Source: an uncultured Verrucomicrobiales bacterium (GTDB lineage: Bacteria; Verrucomicrobiota; Verrucomicrobiia; Verrucomicrobiales; DEV007). From it: DNA of 54,470 bases. Made by a program: the position numbers and the translations under genes. The stretch lies in NCBI GenBank assembly GCA_938091905.1, contig CALKOM010000114.1:1-54470 (forward strand), given 5' to 3'. Each line of letters begins with the position of its first letter. Position 1 is the first letter of the stretch. A model generated the notes under the pieces. It did not search any database, was not told where the DNA came from, and saw only the letters and a list, made by a program, of their open reading frames with translations. This document shows, piece by piece, positions 19,867 through 30,692 of this stretch.

Positions 19867-21303
19867 ATGAGTCACCTTTGGATAAATGGCCAGAACTGTA
19901 ATGCGACGGATGGAGCTCTCTACGACATTCATTCACCAGCTAATGGCAGAGTCATCGGACAAGCAGCAGCAGCGAGTGTAGCAGACATCGAGAAAGCCAT
20001 CGCAAGTGCTGAAGCCGCTTTCGTAATCTGGTCTAACAAAACCGCCTATGAACGCGAAACCATTATGCGCGGAGCGACGGCGCAAGTTCGCACGCAAGCA
20101 GAGGAGATTGGCCGTCTCATGGCGCTAGAGCAGGGGAAACCCTGGAGTCAAGCGACGGGGGAAGTCCATGGAGCCTGTGACATGATCGACTACTATGCGT
20201 CGGAGGCACCTCGTATTGAAGGCACCCTCCCCCCAACGGAAAAGTCATCTTTCCGGTCATGGGTAACGCATCATCCGGTCGGTGTGTGCGCAGGGATCAC
20301 GCCGTGGAATTATCCCGTGGCCCTGCTCAGTTGGAAGCTCGGCCCCGCGCTTGCAGCGGGCTGCGCAATGGTAGTGAAACCGACCCCAGTGACTCCACTC
20401 TCACCTCTGGCCTTCTGCCAGGCCCTGACCGAAGGTGGTGTGCCGGTGGGCTTGATCAATGTGTTGACCGGCCCCGATGCAGCCCTAGGGGAAGCTTTAG
20501 TGGGTCATCCGGGCATCGCCAAGGTTGCCATGACCGGCTCTACCAAGGTGGGCAAACAGATCTTCACGAGCTGCGCTCCTTCTCTAAAGCGCATTTCACT
20601 TGAACTTGGTGGCCATTGTCCCGCGATCGTGTGTGCAGATGCGGACCTCGATCTTGCCGCAAAGGTTCTTAGCTACAAAGGTTTCCGAAACTGCGGCCAA
20701 TCCTGTAGCAGCGTGAACAGGGTCTTTGCCCATGAATCGATTCACGATGCATTGGTGGAGCGATTGTCCAATGAAGCCCAAAGTATGACGATGGGGGACG
20801 GAATCACTGATCCCAAGGTCGACCTGGGCCCTCTCACGACCGCCGCTACGCGGGCGCTGGTGGAGAATCATGTCGCCGATGCGATCGAGCACGGTGCGAA
20901 ACTCATTTGTGGTGGCTCATGTCCCAGTGATGAAGCCTATCAGAGCGGTCACTACTATTTGCCTACTGTGCTCACACAAGCGGACGCTAGAATGAAACTC
21001 TGGAAAGAGGAAACCTTTGGCCCTGTACTTCCAGTGACATCTTTTGATGACACTGAAATCGCCGTGGCTCAAGCCAACGACTCGACTTATGGTCTGGTCA
21101 GCTATGTTTTCACGCGAGATCTTGAGACCGGACTCCACCTAAGTGAACAGCTAGAGTCTGGCACAGTATGCCTCAATCATGGTGCCGTAAACTCTGCCTA
21201 CGCACCCTACGAAGGCTGGAAAGAAAGTGGTTTCGGTCTCGAGCTTTCCAGGCGTGCGATCTTCGAGTACCTCAAGACAAAGCACTTGAAAGTGGCTCTG
21301 TAA
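19867..21303 (+). CDS. NAD(P)-dependent aldehyde dehydrogenase (GabD-like)
   Basis: ITPWNYP, TGSTKVG, LELGG, NCGQSC, EETFGP motifs. Confidence 0.92.
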   Translation: MSHLWINGQNCNATDGALYDIHSPANGRVIGQAAAASVADIEKAIASAEAAFVIWSNKTAYERETIMRGATAQVRTQAEEIGRLMALEQGKPWSQATGEVHGACDMIDYYASEAPRIEGTLPPTEKSSFRSWVTHHPVGVCAGITPWNYPVALLSWKLGPALAAGCAMVVKPTPVTPLSPLAFCQALTEGGVPVGLINVLTGPDAALGEALVGHPGIAKVAMTGSTKVGKQIFTSCAPSLKRISLELGGHCPAIVCADADLDLAAKVLSYKGFRNCGQSCSSVNRVFAHESIHDALVERLSNEAQSMTMGDGITDPKVDLGPLTTAATRALVENHVADAIEHGAKLICGGSCPSDEAYQSGHYYLPTVLTQADARMKLWKEETFGPVLPVTSFDDTEIAVAQANDSTYGLVSYVFTRDLETGLHLSEQLESGTVCLNHGAVNSAYAPYEGWKESGFGLELSRRAIFEYLKTKHLKVAL

Positions 21304-21315
21304 TAGCCCGACCTC

Positions 21316-22428
21316 CTAGTCCTCTTGGGGAAAGATGAGTTCTTGCTGCCATGGCAGAAAGAGTTCATTCCTTAGCTCAGAAGTACGGTTTTCCGCTTTG
21401 GCGAAGGCGTAGCGTTCAAGACAAGCCTTAGAGGAAATAATCGACGGTTCTAAGTCATAGTCTTCGGCCGCTTGATCTCTTGCACTGCGTATTTCCTTAA
21501 AGACCCGCTCCCAATCGTTTGCCTTGGCGAGACGCTTCTTGCGCTCCCATTTCGGCAACTCATCATCAGGAATGGCTTTGGCCTTGGCCACGCCTTGCTC
21601 AAAACGATCCCGTTGGCCAGGTCGGAAGCGCGGTGGCAAGGCCACCGATTTCCCATCCGCTAGACTGACACTCATCGTAAGGATTTGATCATTTGAAATG
21701 ATCTTGAACGGCGGCTTGTCACGACGTGAGGCCATTCCATCCCGCCATAACCAAATCTCCCGCAAATAGGCGAGACCTCGAGCACTCACTTTGCCCCATC
21801 CGGGGATCTTCCACATATCGTCCCGACTTTTTTCAGGGCGGCTCAACACCTGTCGGCGCGCCGCACCACAGGACTGAAGAAACCATTCCCAACGCCCAGC
21901 TTCGTGAAGACGCTGTTCAAAAATCTCAATGAGAGGCTGCAAATAACGGACATCATTTGCGGCATAGGTTAGCATCTTCTCAGGAAGAGGACGTTCACCC
22001 CAATTCTTCTTCTGCGACTGCTTTGAGAGCTTTACCTTCAGCAGATCTTCAATCAAATGCGCTAGCCCAAATGTCCTCCATCCAAGAAGGCGCGCAGCTA
22101 TCTGGGTATCAAAGACCGGATCCGGAACACGCTTGTATGTCCGGTTCAAGATACTCATATCGTAGTCTGCACCGTGCATCCAGACCTGTGAAGCCTGGTC
22201 CAAGAAGTCCAACAAGGGCGTCATGTCCTTGATCGTTAGTGGATCGATCAAAGCCAAGTGATCCCCACAGCCAAATTGAATCAGACACACTTTCTCGCGA
22301 TAGGAGTACAGGCTATCTGCCTCGGTATCCACGCAACAGGATATGCCTGTGGGGCACCCTGCGAGAAACTCTTGCAAAGCCGCTTCCTCAGCGAGGAAGG
22401 GAACCGGAGCCGAACTGCCTTCCTCCAT
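21316..22428 (-). CDS. rnd: Ribonuclease D (3'-5' exonuclease + HRDC)
   Basis: VDTEADSLYSY, MHGADYD, FDTQIAA, YAANDV, then the HRDC segment WRD..A.RRDKPPF. Confidence 0.88.
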   Translation of the reverse strand: MEEGSSAPVPFLAEEAALQEFLAGCPTGISCCVDTEADSLYSYREKVCLIQFGCGDHLALIDPLTIKDMTPLLDFLDQASQVWMHGADYDMSILNRTYKRVPDPVFDTQIAARLLGWRTFGLAHLIEDLLKVKLSKQSQKKNWGERPLPEKMLTYAANDVRYLQPLIEIFEQRLHEAGRWEWFLQSCGAARRQVLSRPEKSRDDMWKIPGWGKVSARGLAYLREIWLWRDGMASRRDKPPFKIISNDQILTMSVSLADGKSVALPPRFRPGQRDRFEQGVAKAKAIPDDELPKWERKKRLAKANDWERVFKEIRSARDQAAEDYDLEPSIISSKACLERYAFAKAENRTSELRNELFLPWQQELIFPQED

Positions 22429-23793
22429 CTATTTTAATCCCGAGAGAAGCAGCTCCACGTTAGTCTTGCTTCGTTTGATGTTGCGCACAAGTTTCTCCAT
22501 GGCTTCACCGGCGGGCACCTGGGCCATTTGACGCCGCAGTAACCCAACCTTGGAGAATTCCTGAGGGTGGTAGAGAAGTTCATCTTTCCGAGTTCCAGAG
22601 AGGAGCGAGTGGATCGCAGGATAGATTCGTTTCTCTGCCAGTTCACGGTCCAGATGAATTTCCAAGTTCCCCGTGCCTTTGAATTCCTCAAAAATGATGT
22701 CGTCCATGCGATTCTCTGTTTCCACAAGTGCGGTGGCGAGAATCGTTAGGCTACCTCCCTCTTCGACATTGCGTGCTGCACTGAAGAATCGGCGCGCTTT
22801 CTGGAGAGCTTTGGGATTAACGCCACCTTGAGTGACGCCTCCCTTACCGCCCATGGTATTGTTATAGCCCCGGGAAAGTCGCGTGATACTATCTAACAGC
22901 ACAACAACATCCTTCTTCATTTCAACCAGCCGTTTGGCACGTTCCAAGACGAGTTCGGCTACTTGAATATGTCGCATAGCCGTTTCGTCAAAGGTCGAAC
23001 TAAAGACGTGCGCATCTACCGTTTCCCGGAAATCGGTGACCTCTTCAGGCCGCTCATCGATGAGCAGAACAATGAGTTCGATTTCATCGTGATTCTTACT
23101 GATGGCTTTGGCGATGTCCTTGAGGAGGATCGTCTTTCCAGATCGCGGGGAAGCAACAATCAAGCCACGCTGACCCTTCCCTAACGGAGAAATCAAATCA
23201 ACGACACGTGCACTAACGGATTGTAATTCTCTATTCTCCAGAAGAATTCGCTCCACTGGGAAGAGTGCTGTCAGGCGCTCGAAATTCGCTGGCGCTTCAT
23301 AGTCGTCCGCCGGAATGCCGTCGATTTCGATAATGGTTTCAACCGTGAGATACCTCTCCCGCTTTTGAGGGGCCCGCGCTTCTACCCGGAGCTTCTGACC
23401 GCTCTTGATGTCATAGCGACGCATGATGGCCTGAGGGACAAAGACAGCGTCTTGCTGCGGTACAAAGTTCGATCTGGCGTACCTTAGATGACCAAAGCCT
23501 TCATGCCCCAAATCGACAACGCCAACGGCGTCAATGACCGAACCGTTTCGTGCGTAGAAGTTCAGTATTTCATAAGCGATCTGATGTTTCGCACGGTTGC
23601 CCACCCGCAGTTCAAGGGCTGCTGCCTTCTTGTGCATGTCGACCAAAGAGAGATCATGAAGTTCGTTCAAATCAACGCGCTCAGGTATCTCAGGCTTGGG
23701 TTTCGCAGGTGATGCCTGTTCTGGCTTCCCAGGAGAATCGGCAACTGCCGTGCTCTTCTCGGAGAGATCGTGAGTCTCAGCTTCAGTGTTCAT
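22429..23793 (-). CDS. rho: Transcription termination factor Rho
   Basis: [55 protein letters not shown]. Confidence 0.97.
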   Translation of the reverse strand: MNTEAETHDLSEKSTAVADSPGKPEQASPAKPKPEIPERVDLNELHDLSLVDMHKKAAALELRVGNRAKHQIAYEILNFYARNGSVIDAVGVVDLGHEGFGHLRYARSNFVPQQDAVFVPQAIMRRYDIKSGQKLRVEARAPQKRERYLTVETIIEIDGIPADDYEAPANFERLTALFPVERILLENRELQSVSARVVDLISPLGKGQRGLIVASPRSGKTILLKDIAKAISKNHDEIELIVLLIDERPEEVTDFRETVDAHVFSSTFDETAMRHIQVAELVLERAKRLVEMKKDVVVLLDSITRLSRGYNNTMGGKGGVTQGGVNPKALQKARRFFSAARNVEEGGSLTILATALVETENRMDDIIFEEFKGTGNLEIHLDRELAEKRIYPAIHSLLSGTRKDELLYHPQEFSKVGLLRRQMAQVPAGEAMEKLVRNIKRSKTNVELLLSGLK

Positions 23794-23813
23794 GGTGTTC
23801 GTGATGGAAAGTA

Positions 23814-24446
23814 TTAGGAAAGGCTACTGAGGAGGAGCCCCGCCTGGGCGCTCAGGCAGTGGAGGGGACATTCATTCCAAATCAGGACATCGCCCAAGAG
23901 CACCTTCTTCTCAATGGGCCATTGGGCAGAGATGATCGATTCAGCAGCTTCGCTCGAAAGTTGGGAACGCTGCATCAGACGGCGCTTCTGCGTGGCTCGG
24001 GTTGTGGCGACAACGGCCACCAGGTCATTTGGATAAGCTCCATGGGTTTCGAAATAAAGAGGCACATCAGCGATGAAGAGGCCTTCCGTGCGCTCGGCAG
24101 CATAGCTGACGAAGTGCTCCTCACATCGGGAGCGCACAAGCGGGTGGATAAGATCCTCTAACTGTCGCCGACACGACTCATCCGCGAAGACTAATTGTCT
24201 AAGCGCAGATCTGTTCAAGACGCTATCTGCGAAGATTTGTGCCCCGAACAGCCCTCGCAGTCTTGCCATGACCGGCTCCTCTGTCAAGAGCTGGTGGACA
24301 GCCTTATCACAGTCGTAAATCCCAACTTCAGGGATTCGGGCCTGGATCTCCTCGATCAGGGTACTCTTACCCGTTGCGATTCCGCCGGTGACTACAACGC
24401 GATAGAGATTCGTCGGATGGCGGCACACGGCATGCTTATCGCTCAT
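23814..24446 (-). CDS. coaE: Dephospho-CoA kinase
   Basis: VTGGIATGKST, LNRSALRQLVF, LIHPLV, DVPLYFE. Start chosen at MSDKH. Confidence 0.9.
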   Translation of the reverse strand: MSDKHAVCRHPTNLYRVVVTGGIATGKSTLIEEIQARIPEVGIYDCDKAVHQLLTEEPVMARLRGLFGAQIFADSVLNRSALRQLVFADESCRRQLEDLIHPLVRSRCEEHFVSYAAERTEGLFIADVPLYFETHGAYPNDLVAVVATTRATQKRRLMQRSQLSSEAAESIISAQWPIEKKVLLGDVLIWNECPLHCLSAQAGLLLSSLS

Positions 24447-24517
24447 GGGGAAACGCAACGAGGGGTGGAAGACCCTGCTTCCACCCCTCGTTTCATTCAA
24501 TTTTAACGAATCTCTGT

Positions 24518-27085
24518 CTACTCAAGTCCGGGAGTGGATTCGAGCTGGTTTTCCAGCTGATCGCGAAAAGCCATGCCAGACGGATCAATTAGTCGAGCCG
24601 ACACAAAGATTACCAAGTTCCTGCGAAGGTGCTGATCCGAATTGCTCCGGAACAGACGTCCGATATATGGCAAGTCGCCAACGATAGGGACTTTATCCGT
24701 GATGGTCTGAACGTCTTCGCGGATCAAGCCACCAAGAGCGATCGTAGACCCGTCATAGATCGTCACGTTCGTCGCTGCGCGGCGAGTAGAGAAGATAGGA
24801 AGGTCAATCCGGTTGTCGGTAACGAGCACGTTGGTCGGGTTGCCCAGGGCATCCGTTCCAGCAGCAGTGATCTCACTGCCATAATTCACGAAGCCATCAA
24901 ACTCCACGACCTCAGGAGCCAGACTTAAGTCGATCGTGTAGGAATCAGGGCCAACCTGAGGGTCCACTTCCAACGTAACACCCGTTGGGCGCATCTCGAA
25001 GGTCGTTGGGTGTGCTGGAGTCACGGGGAAGATACCCGCGTCAACCCCCACGCTAACTTCCTGGGGAAGCTCTGGTGGATCAAACTCGACTGGATAGATT
25101 AGCTCGCGAACCACTTCAATGCGAGCTTTCTGAGCGCTCTTGGTGACCACAGTTGGTGCAGTGACAAGGTCAGCCGACCTGTGCTGACTGAGTCCACGCA
25201 TGATGACCTGGAACTGTGGATCCGTGAAAATTCCAGCCACCGATACAATACCAGGTGCCGGGGAGAGCGCTTCAGCTTGGCCTCGAGGGAGATCAGCAAT
25301 CAATGAATCGATCGCATTCCCTCTAATCCCTTGGGAACCGGTTCGGAGGCCAGCTGTCACAGGATTCTGTCCCACGGGACCACGGAGAGGATTGCCATCG
25401 GCGTCGAAGGACGTGTTGAAGAACGGAACCTGCGGCGCAATGTTACCACTGGATTCCACATTGAAGTTTCCACGGGAATTGCCGAGTGTGCCTCCACCTG
25501 CAAGGACACTTTCGGAGCCACTTAGCCCGAAGCCACCAAGCAACCAGTCAAAACCAAGTTCATCAAGGTTCTCTTGGCGAATCTCTAAGAACTTCACGCG
25601 AACCTCAACCTGCTTGACGATCTTCTCTTGAATACTGTCAACGAAGGCGTCTACGAGCTCCATGTTGCTCTGAGTGTTGGTCACTAAAAGCTTACTAGAA
25701 CCACGGTTGTAGATTGCACTTGCTCCCGTAGGCCAAGGAATGCCTCGGCTCTTAAGCACGTCTTCAGGAAGGGCGCGGGCGGAGGCGGCAGGAGCAGCAG
25801 CACTTCCGAAAGGATCATCCTCTTCGCCGCCACCGCCTCCGTCGTCAGCAACACCGAGGCGCTCAAAGGAAGGAGGAACGGAGTAGGTCTTTGTAAAGAG
25901 CTGTTCGCTGGCAACATCTGAACCCGGAACAATCTTCACAGCATAACGCTCAACATTATAACGGAGACCGGCGAGCTCACAGGCATAGTTTAACACTACA
26001 CCCAGCGGTGCTGATTTCATTTTAAGACGAAAGCTCTGATTTAAAGCGTTCGCGTCAGATGAAGCGATGTTCTGCTCGTCCAAGACAAACTTCACACCAA
26101 CACCTTCCGGATCGAGTTCGGTTGACTTCAACTGGAGGTAGTCCTTCGCCGTCCGGATGTTGACTGGACCAAGATTGATCTCTGGCACAATGATCGTCTC
26201 TAAACGGCGATTGATATCCTCCCGGGTGTCACCCGCACCGGTGAAGCCACCTTCTTCTGGGCTATCCCCAAGGCGCCCACTTCCAGGAACAGGCATTTCC
26301 CATTTTTGAGCGACTTGGTCTAGAAGCTCGCCGCGGGTTTGGTTATAGGCGGCGTTAAGATAGCGACTGCGATCTTTTTCAACCCGCTCAATACCTTGAC
26401 GAGCCGCACCGTTGAATTCGTCCTCACGCAAAACCTCAAAGAAATGTTTTTCTGCATTGTCCAACTCACCGAGATCGCGCGCAGCCTCAGCGTGGCCGAG
26501 GTTTTCAGTGACTCGTGCAACTTTAGCGCGATGGCTCTTAGTGTCGCCAGATGCATACCACTCAGGATCGCCAAGGCGTTCCTTCATCGTCATGAGACCA
26601 GCGTGGTCGGGAGCATACTCTGTTGCCACATCGATATACCCATTGGCTGCCTTGAGCCCACCTTCGCTAGCACTTTTCTCAGAAAGAGCGATACAAACGC
26701 GCGCAAACGCATTAGCATAAACCTCACGTTCATCCGCGGTGCGCCCAGCGTCTGGGAGTGTTTGCAGAGCTTGGCGATAATTCGTGCCAGCGTTCAGCAA
26801 GTCACCGCTATTCTCAAGTTCTAGCCCCTGATAGTAAGCTTCGCGGGCCTGACCCACGAGATATTCACGTTGGAGGCGTTCCTGCTGAGCTGCACCGGAG
26901 GTAGATCCGGTTTCAGCAGTTGCCGTTGGAGGAGCAATAAACATCTGGGATGCCAGCACCGTGCTAGTGAGAAGCAAGGAAGCAGACCCAAAGCGTTTTG
27001 AAGCGTCGTTCTTCATCATGTTGTGCAAAGACTTAGTTTCTCGTTGGTTGGGTTTACTTGCCGTAACTGACAGGGTTCTTTCCAT
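24518..27085 (-). CDS. Secretin (Amuc_1098-like type II secretion/type IV pilus outer-membrane channel), copy 2
   Basis: TPR-like N-terminus, QVEVRVKFLEI...LGFDW, GVTLEVDPQV, KVPIVGDLPYIGRLFR, NLVIFVSARLI. The real start may be 27019 (MMKND). Confidence 0.88.
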   Translation of the reverse strand: MERTLSVTASKPNQRETKSLHNMMKNDASKRFGSASLLLTSTVLASQMFIAPPTATAETGSTSGAAQQERLQREYLVGQAREAYYQGLELENSGDLLNAGTNYRQALQTLPDAGRTADEREVYANAFARVCIALSEKSASEGGLKAANGYIDVATEYAPDHAGLMTMKERLGDPEWYASGDTKSHRAKVARVTENLGHAEAARDLGELDNAEKHFFEVLREDEFNGAARQGIERVEKDRSRYLNAAYNQTRGELLDQVAQKWEMPVPGSGRLGDSPEEGGFTGAGDTREDINRRLETIIVPEINLGPVNIRTAKDYLQLKSTELDPEGVGVKFVLDEQNIASSDANALNQSFRLKMKSAPLGVVLNYACELAGLRYNVERYAVKIVPGSDVASEQLFTKTYSVPPSFERLGVADDGGGGGEEDDPFGSAAAPAASARALPEDVLKSRGIPWPTGASAIYNRGSSKLLVTNTQSNMELVDAFVDSIQEKIVKQVEVRVKFLEIRQENLDELGFDWLLGGFGLSGSESVLAGGGTLGNSRGNFNVESSGNIAPQVPFFNTSFDADGNPLRGPVGQNPVTAGLRTGSQGIRGNAIDSLIADLPRGQAEALSPAPGIVSVAGIFTDPQFQVIMRGLSQHRSADLVTAPTVVTKSAQKARIEVVRELIYPVEFDPPELPQEVSVGVDAGIFPVTPAHPTTFEMRPTGVTLEVDPQVGPDSYTIDLSLAPEVVEFDGFVNYGSEITAAGTDALGNPTNVLVTDNRIDLPIFSTRRAATNVTIYDGSTIALGGLIREDVQTITDKVPIVGDLPYIGRLFRSNSDQHLRRNLVIFVSARLIDPSGMAFRDQLENQLESTPGLE

Positions 27086-29639
27086 AGCTCATTGGAGCAA
27101 TTGGATCTGCTGGTGGGAAGAGAGATCCATCAGGTTCGTCCCCTTCAAAATCTTCCTCGTCGCGATTTAGTGGCTGCCCAGAAGGATCGATCAATTGGGC
27201 GGTTACGAATACCATGAGGTTGCGCTTCTTACGCTGTTCGGCCTCGATGCGGAAGAGGCGCCCGATGAGGGGAAGATCACCAAAGATAGGAAGCTTGTCC
27301 TCTGTATGTTGTACATCTTCGCGAATCAATCCACCGATCGCGACGGTTGACCCATCATAGACAGTCACGTTTGTCGTGACCCGCCGGGTGGCGAAAACAG
27401 GCATTTCAATGCGGTTAGCGGTGAGAACAATTCGCTGTGGATTACCCAAGATGTCGGTGCCAGTCGTGGTAATTGGACTACCGTAATTCACAAAACCCTC
27501 GAACTCGACGACCTCGGGAACTAAGTCCATCTCGATTGTGTAGCCGTCAGGGCCAACTTGTGGAGTGACTTTGAGGGTCACTCCCGTATTGCGCGTCTGG
27601 AAGGCAGTTGGAGTAGCTGGCGTGACAGGAAAGCTTGGGGTCTGAGCCTCGGGAGCGTCTGGCAAAATTGGGGCAGCTGCCGCAACCACTGGCTCGCCAA
27701 AGTCCTGCGGAAGCTCTGGTGGATCATATTCCGTGGGATAGATTAACTCTCGAATCACTTCCACCTGAGCTTGCGAACCACTGCGAGTGAGGATACTCGG
27801 CGCAGAAAGGAGATCAGTGCCCTTCTTCTGATCGAGTGCCCGCATGATCACTTGGAATTGTGGATCAGTAAGAACGCCAGCAAGAGCGAAAGCGCCTGGC
27901 GCTGGATTGACGATCTCGGAAGCCGCCCCGACTCGACCGGCAGCAATCAGCGCTTGAATGGCGCTTTCGTTGATGGCTTCAGCACCGCTGCGGAGGCCAG
28001 CCGTGACAGGATTGAGAGGGTTGCTATCAGGCACATTGACTCCCTGGCCGAAGAAGGGGAAGTCTCCTCCACCAAAACCGCGCTCTGATCCACCAACGGA
28101 TCCCCCACCAACCATTATCTTGTCTCCGTTGCCGGCACCAAAGGCGCCCATCACCCAATCGAATCCAAACTCTCTAAGATTGTCCTGTTGGACCTCGACG
28201 AATTTGGCTTCCACTTTGATCTGCTTTGGCACGCCCTCGTCGATAAGGTTGTTCACAAACTGATCGACGATATCGAGCATGGATTGGGTGTTACGGACGA
28301 CAAGTTCAGACGCCGAAGCAATATAGAACGCTGTGGATCCTTCACCAAACGTGATGCCCTTACCCTCAAGAATTTCCTTAGCGGACATCTTGCGCGCAAG
28401 TGAACCCCCACCACCGCCAGCATCACCAGCATCGGCAAATGGATCATCGGCAATGGCCGCATCACCACCACCGTCTCCTCCACCGCCGAGGCTCTGGAAA
28501 AATGGGGGCACCTGATAGCGCCGAGTAAACAACGCCTCGCTGCGATCAGTGAGAGGAACAATAACAACAGCGTGAGGCTCCATGCGGTATTTCACACCAG
28601 CGAGGCCCGTAACATAACGAAGCGCTTCCGCAAAGGGCACACTTTGAAGGTCAAGCGTGATGGACTGCTGATCAAGCACACCCGGGCTCGATTGGTTGAT
28701 CTTGCGTTCATCGATGAGGATGTTGATCCCTTTCCGTGCGGGATTGCCTTCAATGTTATCAAGCTGGATGCTACGCTCACGAAGATAATCGATCGCACTC
28801 TGCAGCGAAAAGCCATTCATGCGAAGGGATGGAATAACTATACCATCCAGCTTTGCGGTGATGTAGCCAAGACCACCGTCATCAGTACGCCCTCCACCAC
28901 TAGCGCCAGCCTGAGCGTTAGCTAGAGGAACCGGGAGCTCCCAGGACTCATCAACCTCACGAATCAGTGTCGACCGAGTCTGCTTATAGGCCTGTTGACG
29001 ATAGGCTGCCTTAGCGTGAGCAACATCTTCAAGGCCTCTGCGGGCTGCGGCATTGTAACCGTCGATACGGAGCACTTCGTTATATTTCTTGTCGGCATCC
29101 TTATACCGAGCCAAACCATAATAGCTTCGACCCTCCTTGAGGAGCTGCAGCACGCGCTTTGAATTCTCTGCGTGGCCCGGGACATTCGCATATTCACCGC
29201 GCTCAAGACCTTCTAACAAAGCGGCTGCCTGCTTATTCTCCGGGTCAACAGCAAGCACCGTCTCAACGATCTCTTGAGCTTCAGCGGCTCCACCACTAGC
29301 GGCCACATTTTGGGCGTGAGTGGTAGCATAGTTCACATAAGCCTCCGAGTACACCTGACGATGCATTTCGGTTTGCTCAGCATAGGGCAGCGTGTCTAAC
29401 GCTAAACTTAGTTGGTCATAAGCGGTGGCATGATCCCCATCCTTGCCGGCACGAACGCCATTTACATAAGCGGCGTTTGCTTCGGTGACACGCTGTTGGC
29501 GTCGAAGGATTTCAGACTGAGCAAGGCCACCGGGGGCAGCCCCTGGTCCACCAGCTATCGCGTCGACAGCTAGCAAGGGAACTACCGCCGCCACTAAAAA
29601 GTGGTTTCGGAATTGGTGAAGGCAGCTTCTAATCGTCAT
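27054..29639 (-). CDS. Secretin (Amuc_1098-like), copy 1
   Basis: Signal peptide, TPR-like region, QIKVEAKFVEV...FGFDW, GVTLKVTPQV, KLPIFGDLPLIGRLFR. Confidence 0.88.
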   Translation of the reverse strand: MTIRSCLHQFRNHFLVAAVVPLLAVDAIAGGPGAAPGGLAQSEILRRQQRVTEANAAYVNGVRAGKDGDHATAYDQLSLALDTLPYAEQTEMHRQVYSEAYVNYATTHAQNVAASGGAAEAQEIVETVLAVDPENKQAAALLEGLERGEYANVPGHAENSKRVLQLLKEGRSYYGLARYKDADKKYNEVLRIDGYNAAARRGLEDVAHAKAAYRQQAYKQTRSTLIREVDESWELPVPLANAQAGASGGGRTDDGGLGYITAKLDGIVIPSLRMNGFSLQSAIDYLRERSIQLDNIEGNPARKGINILIDERKINQSSPGVLDQQSITLDLQSVPFAEALRYVTGLAGVKYRMEPHAVVIVPLTDRSEALFTRRYQVPPFFQSLGGGGDGGGDAAIADDPFADAGDAGGGGGSLARKMSAKEILEGKGITFGEGSTAFYIASASELVVRNTQSMLDIVDQFVNNLIDEGVPKQIKVEAKFVEVQQDNLREFGFDWVMGAFGAGNGDKIMVGGGSVGGSERGFGGGDFPFFGQGVNVPDSNPLNPVTAGLRSGAEAINESAIQALIAAGRVGAASEIVNPAPGAFALAGVLTDPQFQVIMRALDQKKGTDLLSAPSILTRSGSQAQVEVIRELIYPTEYDPPELPQDFGEPVVAAAAPILPDAPEAQTPSFPVTPATPTAFQTRNTGVTLKVTPQVGPDGYTIEMDLVPEVVEFEGFVNYGSPITTTGTDILGNPQRIVLTANRIEMPVFATRRVTTNVTVYDGSTVAIGGLIREDVQHTEDKLPIFGDLPLIGRLFRIEAEQRKKRNLMVFVTAQLIDPSGQPLNRDEEDFEGDEPDGSLFPPADPIAPMSYGKNPVSYGK

Positions 29640-29690
29640 AAGTGTGTGCTTTTGCAGTGCTACTGGGTGTTATTCGAAAGGTGTTTTGCC

Positions 29691-30662
29691 TTATGGGCAG
29701 GGTAGAATCTCCAAGTCTTTCCCCTTTTGATCCTTAATGATGGCTTTACTTGCCGTGACTTCGATGATCTTGAAACTTTGCGTTGGGTCGTTGGACAGCT
29801 TGAATGAGCTGCCTCGCTTCGCGGTAAACTCTTCACCGTTGTAGCGGTTTAAAAACGTTCCTTCATGAGTCGGTTGCTCCCACTCAACGTCACGGACTAA
29901 GGACTGCGAAACACGCGCGTTACCCCCCGCCTCAACAAAGCTGATGGTGATTTTGGAATTATCGGTAGGAATACCGCTGGCGTCAGCCCCCTTCTCTTCG
30001 GCGTAGGCATCGAGACGAAATCTATTATCTGGACCGAATCTCGATCCCCTGTTTACCAACATATTTTGAGAACGGAACTTTCCTTCAGAAACGAGATCAA
30101 TCTGCCAAGTCGTTGGATCCACTTGGGCCTTGAAGACCAACTTCAAATCCGATGATACCATGCCTGCGAGACACACCTTTGTAATAAACGCCGGGTGTTC
30201 GTCAGCATTCATCGGGTTGGTTTTGGGAGTTGCAGTAAACTCCTCGATGTTGGTGAAGTTATCACCGTCCGGATCTTGGTCCTTAAGGTCTGAAGCTGTC
30301 ACATCGAGGCCATATTTATTTATCCAGTCATTGGTGATAGGCTTATGAATGCCCACATCACCATCAACTGCTAGCAGCACTTGCTCGCCCTTACTAGCAT
30401 CCCACTGCTCGATCACTGGAGCAGAAACAAACAGATTTAGGCCCTCCCATTTCACAGAATCAGCCAGCGCCTTTGAAGCCTTCTCCACTGTCACTAATCC
30501 AGTCTCAGGCATCTCTTCGCTCTCACGAACACTAGCCTGATCAAAATTTGAGCTAAACTTCAAGCTCGAGAAAATCAACCAACCCGCCAGAGCAAGCGCA
30601 ATGATAGTAGCCACTACGAGAATTGCCTTCTCATAGTTTTCTTTCAACCATTCTTCGTTCAT
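29691..30662 (-). CDS. Amuc_1099-like pilus-system protein
   Basis: W.KENYEK plus TM start, DPDGDNFTNIEEF Ca-binding-like motif, and position in the cluster. Confidence 0.7.
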   Translation of the reverse strand: MNEEWLKENYEKAILVVATIIALALAGWLIFSSLKFSSNFDQASVRESEEMPETGLVTVEKASKALADSVKWEGLNLFVSAPVIEQWDASKGEQVLLAVDGDVGIHKPITNDWINKYGLDVTASDLKDQDPDGDNFTNIEEFTATPKTNPMNADEHPAFITKVCLAGMVSSDLKLVFKAQVDPTTWQIDLVSEGKFRSQNMLVNRGSRFGPDNRFRLDAYAEEKGADASGIPTDNSKITISFVEAGGNARVSQSLVRDVEWEQPTHEGTFLNRYNGEEFTAKRGSSFKLSNDPTQSFKIIEVTASKAIIKDQKGKDLEILPCP

Positions 30663-30692
30663 GTAATCCGCTTAGTAATTGGTTTAAAATGA

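Noticed and set aside
15874..21303. GH31 + alcohol dehydrogenase + aldehyde dehydrogenase as a sulfoquinovose pathway
   Set aside because: The GH31 has the generic WNDMNEP motif, not the WMADFGE motif of sulfoquinovosidases. No other sulfoglycolysis genes are adjacent, and an unrelated gene interrupts the run.
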